A DNA stretch of 64,000 nt, from the NCBI GenBank assembly GCA_963810935.1, contig CAWEPK010000005.1, forward strand, positions 306,335 to 370,334, given 5' to 3'. Positions 60,845 through 64,000 of the stretch are shown here, piece after piece (the stretch's first letter is position 1; every line of letters starts with the position of its first letter). Under the pieces are notes generated by a model. It was given only the letters and a program-made list of their open reading frames with translations, did not search any database and was not told the DNA's origin. The DNA comes from an uncultured delta proteobacterium. GTDB taxonomy: Bacteria > Desulfobacterota > Syntrophorhabdia > Syntrophorhabdales > WCHB1-27. Position numbers and translations under genes: made by a program.

Positions 60845-62668
60845 CTACTCCTCCATCCCAAGGACTTCGTCGAGCATTTTCTCCAGCTTCGCCTCTTCCG
60901 TCTCATCTGCGTATTTCGGTCTCGCCACGTCGGGAAACAGGCGGAATATGCCGTTCATTATTACCTCTGCGTGCGGGGGGCAGCCGCGCAGGTGCGCTCC
61001 CGACTCCGCGTTATGCTGCTGGCAGATGCCCATAAAGACGTTCGTCTGCGCAGGGTCGATGGGCGCGGCTGTCTCCGGGCCGAGAAAAATGTTCACCTTC
61101 GGGTTGAAAGGCCGGTCGATCAGGGACCGCGTGCCGCCGGAAGGGTCAGGCCTCCTGAGCTTGGTAAGCACGAAATGGAGATATCCCCTGCAGCCGGGGC
61201 ATGCGCTCCCGTCGTGGATGCGGAAATCGGCGCCGCTCGAAATGTCGATCGCGGGCGGCTTAAAGCTGCTCGCAACATCTTCTATGGGTGTGCCGGCCAC
61301 CTCGATCCGCTCGCGCTCTATCGGCCCTAAACCCTGAAGGTAGGAAAGCAGCACGGGAGGCGAGGATACAGGGTCGAGCCCCATGACGCGCATGGCCGTC
61401 GCATCTACCGCGACGGGGTTCGTCCCGCCTATGAGGACGTTCATGGGCTTGGGTATGCCCGAGACCGGGCCGAAATCCTCCTGCCCGGTGATGCCGTCGA
61501 TTATCGTGAGGGCGGGCTTGACGAGGTGATGGATGTTGATGAGGTTTTGCCAGAGCCCGAAGAAATGGCTCATGTACTTCTCTAACGGGGGCATCGTCCC
61601 CTGCAGGTTCTTGACCGCCATGGAGACGCCTGCCGCAAAATGGATCTTCATGACGGGCAGGCTGATAATGACGTCGGCCCGATCGATGGTGACCGGGACC
61701 TTCCTCGACGCCATCCTCTTGGCAAAAGGCACCTGTTTCTCGACAAGCGCATCGGTGTTGAGGTCTACGAGGCGGACGCGTGCGGGGTCGGCCTCGACCA
61801 GCGTTTCGTACCCGTAATGGGCGAACATCTTCGTCGTCTCGCTGCGGTTGATAGACGACCCTTCGGCAACGATGACCTCGCCGGCAACGGGCAAAAGCAG
61901 GTCGATAAGCGCCCTGACGAGCCTTATATCGGTCACGATGCCGCCCGTGTAGACGCCATCCTTCATCCCGTGGTCCGCGACAACGTTCGGCTTTATCACG
62001 ACGCGCGCGCCCGGCGCGACAAACCTGCGGATGCCGCCGAGACGGCCGATGAGCCGCCCGAGCGACGCGGCGACCTCCGCCTCGCTCTGACTGTCTGCGA
62101 TCCTTTCGATGGCTACCCGTTCTTTGCGCCTGTACGGCCGCGCGGGCCTGCCGCTTTTTGCAGCCTCGAGGTATACGGCGGTCGATAAGTCCATCTTAAC
62201 GAAGGAACGGCCCTGATCCGCATACGTGCGGACGGGCCTGAAGCCGTAGTCGACCAGCCATTTGTATTTCCGGATATCCGTCTTCAGGACCCCGGCAGCG
62301 AGCAGGCTTTCCTTTGCGACGAGGGCGTCGATCGCTTTCGGCATATACGCTTCGGTTTTACCCGGGCGGGCCGCGACGACTTCCTCTATCATGCTGGTGC
62401 GGGGGTCGTAAACTACATGGGCGACGGTCTCACTGCCTTTTTTTGCCCGATACACCCGGACGGCAGGGTCGGCCGACCAGCGTTTCATGCGCTCGTCAGC
62501 GTAGGCCTCGCCCGCCCCTTCGACCGTGGCATAGTAAGCGCGAAGCGAGGCGGCCAGGCCGGGGGACGGGCGGGCGGGCACGAGGGCGAGGGTGGAGGAC
62601 CGGCGGCTTTTACGCGCTGCTTCAGGCGGGATTTTCTTTCCATTTATCTCCCCATATGCAAAAGTCAT
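60845..62668 (-). CDS. DUF362 domain Fe-S protein with N-terminal acetyltransferase-like region
   Basis: VVIKPNVV, PVMKIH, AVKNLQG, NPVAVDA, ACPGC, GCPP; start uncertain. Confidence 0.8.
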   Translation of the reverse strand: MTFAYGEINGKKIPPEAARKSRRSSTLALVPARPSPGLAASLRAYYATVEGAGEAYADERMKRWSADPAVRVYRAKKGSETVAHVVYDPRTSMIEEVVAARPGKTEAYMPKAIDALVAKESLLAAGVLKTDIRKYKWLVDYGFRPVRTYADQGRSFVKMDLSTAVYLEAAKSGRPARPYRRKERVAIERIADSQSEAEVAASLGRLIGRLGGIRRFVAPGARVVIKPNVVADHGMKDGVYTGGIVTDIRLVRALIDLLLPVAGEVIVAEGSSINRSETTKMFAHYGYETLVEADPARVRLVDLNTDALVEKQVPFAKRMASRKVPVTIDRADVIISLPVMKIHFAAGVSMAVKNLQGTMPPLEKYMSHFFGLWQNLINIHHLVKPALTIIDGITGQEDFGPVSGIPKPMNVLIGGTNPVAVDATAMRVMGLDPVSSPPVLLSYLQGLGPIERERIEVAGTPIEDVASSFKPPAIDISSGADFRIHDGSACPGCRGYLHFVLTKLRRPDPSGGTRSLIDRPFNPKVNIFLGPETAAPIDPAQTNVFMGICQQHNAESGAHLRGCPPHAEVIMNGIFRLFPDVARPKYADETEEAKLEKMLDEVLGMEE

Positions 62669-63483
62669 CCCAACCTTCCTTCTCTGAAGGCCTTGATGAA
62701 CTCCATGCAGTAGTCGTCGTGTCCGCTGATCAGAAGGGCAGCCTTGAGCGTACCGAAAAGCTCATTGTCGGTAGGGTCGAGGATGGCTGAATTTAGGCCC
62801 CTGGCAACGGCGACGACCAGGAAGGCCCGGTTGACGAGCTTTCTTTTGGGAAGCCCGAAAGAGACGTTCGTCAGGCCGCAGGTCGTGTGTACGCCGGGCA
62901 GCCGCGCCATAATCTCCTCGATTGCCGCGAGGGTGGCCATTGCGGATAGCTTATTGGTCGCAACCGGGTAGACGAGTGGGTCGATGTAAAGGTCGCCTAT
63001 GGGGACGCCCGCCTCTTTTGTCTTAGCTGCAAGCTCGGCAGCCATTTGTACCTTCGCCTCTGTCGTCTCGGCTATCGCATCAAGCGACTGGCAGAGGGCA
63101 ATGACCTTTGCCTTATATTGGGCGACGAGAGGGAGGATGCCTTCCATGCGCGCGGGCTCCAGGGTGATCGAGTTGATTATGGGCGTCTTTTCCACCAATG
63201 GAAGCACCGCCCTGATTGCGGCGGGGTCGGGGCTGTCGATGCACAGGGGGGTGTCCGTCGCACGCTGGATGACCTCGACGAGCCATTTCAGGTCTTCGGC
63301 CTCCCTGCAATCGGAGGTCCCGGCGTTTACGTCCAGGTAGTCGGCCCCTGCCGCGGCCTGCGCCCTGGCTTCATTCCGGATGAACTCCGCGTTGCGCAAG
63401 GCGATGGCTTCGCCTATCGATTTACGCGACGCGTTGATCCGCTCGCCTATTGCAAGCACCGCTCTTGCCTCCGTCTCTACCAT
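62665..63483 (-). CDS. Methyltetrahydrofolate:corrinoid methyltransferase (AcsE-like, pterin-binding)
   Basis: IGERINAS, GADYLDVNAG, PLCIDSPD, IDPLV, GLTNVSFGLP. Confidence 0.88.
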   Translation of the reverse strand: MVETEARAVLAIGERINASRKSIGEAIALRNAEFIRNEARAQAAAGADYLDVNAGTSDCREAEDLKWLVEVIQRATDTPLCIDSPDPAAIRAVLPLVEKTPIINSITLEPARMEGILPLVAQYKAKVIALCQSLDAIAETTEAKVQMAAELAAKTKEAGVPIGDLYIDPLVYPVATNKLSAMATLAAIEEIMARLPGVHTTCGLTNVSFGLPKRKLVNRAFLVVAVARGLNSAILDPTDNELFGTLKAALLISGHDDYCMEFIKAFREGRLG

Positions 63484-63728
63484 CTATTCAGGTATTCCCG
63501 TCTTGCGGGCGCACTTTACACCTTTTGTACGGATTACATCTGTTTGTGCTTTTATTTTAGGCAGGAAAAAGCCGGAATACAAGTCTTTTTTGCCGATACG
63601 GCGAGGGACGATTGTATGCAATATCAGCCGCCCGGACGCCCCGCGAAATAATATGTCTGCGGCGGGCGCCCCCTACGATCATGTTGCTATCGGCGGCAGT
63701 TCTCGCTTAAAATAGCGGAGAGGCAAAT

Positions 63729-64000
63729 ATGGATTTATCAGGACATACGGCGCTCATTACGGGCGCGGGCCAGGGCATCGGCCGCGCGTGCGCGCAGGTC
63801 TTCGCCGGAAGAGGCGCACGGCTCATCCTTCTGGACAAGAACAGGCGGACGTTGCCGGGCGTAGTCGAAGGCATAGCGGCGGCAGGCGGACACGTGGAAG
63901 GCCACATAATCGACCTTATGCACACCGGGAAGCTGGAAGCCCTGATAGAGGCGATCAAGGGCAAGGCGTCGATCGACATTTTGGTGAACAACGCGGGCTT
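63729..64000 (+). CDS. SDR family oxidoreductase, N-terminal part (runs off window)
   Basis: MDLSGHTALITGAGQGIG...IDILVNNAG. Confidence 0.88.
   Translation, partial: MDLSGHTALITGAGQGIGRACAQVFAGRGARLILLDKNRRTLPGVVEGIAAAGGHVEGHIIDLMHTGKLEALIEAIKGKASIDILVNNAG

Overview
Bacterial chromosomal window, GC-rich, Gram-negative (lnt, TolC, GT9). Gene content suggests an anaerobic Desulfobacterota/'deltaproteobacterial' syntroph (inference). 1-11.9 kb is the str-S10-spc ribosomal superoperon on the minus strand. It lacks rplC, which sits alone ~52 kb away with its own promoter and terminator. 12-50 kb is mostly housekeeping: phoH-HD-ybeY-lnt, hrcA-grpE-dnaJ without dnaK, rmuC, TetR/EmrAB-TolC, resB/ccsB, a poly-gamma-glutamate pgsBCW operon and malQ. 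The most interesting part is an ~8.8 kb island (50.5-59.4 kb) bounded by 40-bp direct repeats. It contains (i) a family of short ends with consensus ...ACGTCCCCTAT, pointing outward from an internally deleted HUH/Y1 (RAYT-like) transposase and inward around two cargo segments (a small membrane gene, and a nitrilase/MFS/CoA-transferase/XRE module), and (ii) an IS110/IS1111-type element inserted exactly into one of those ends. Its downstream non-coding region carries readable bridge-RNA guides matching both that target and the element's own circle junction. Eight genes carry single-base frameshifts and seven can be repaired by restoring AGCT, which suggests methylation-linked long-read errors rather than pseudogenes. 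All calls were made by eye; no database searches were run.
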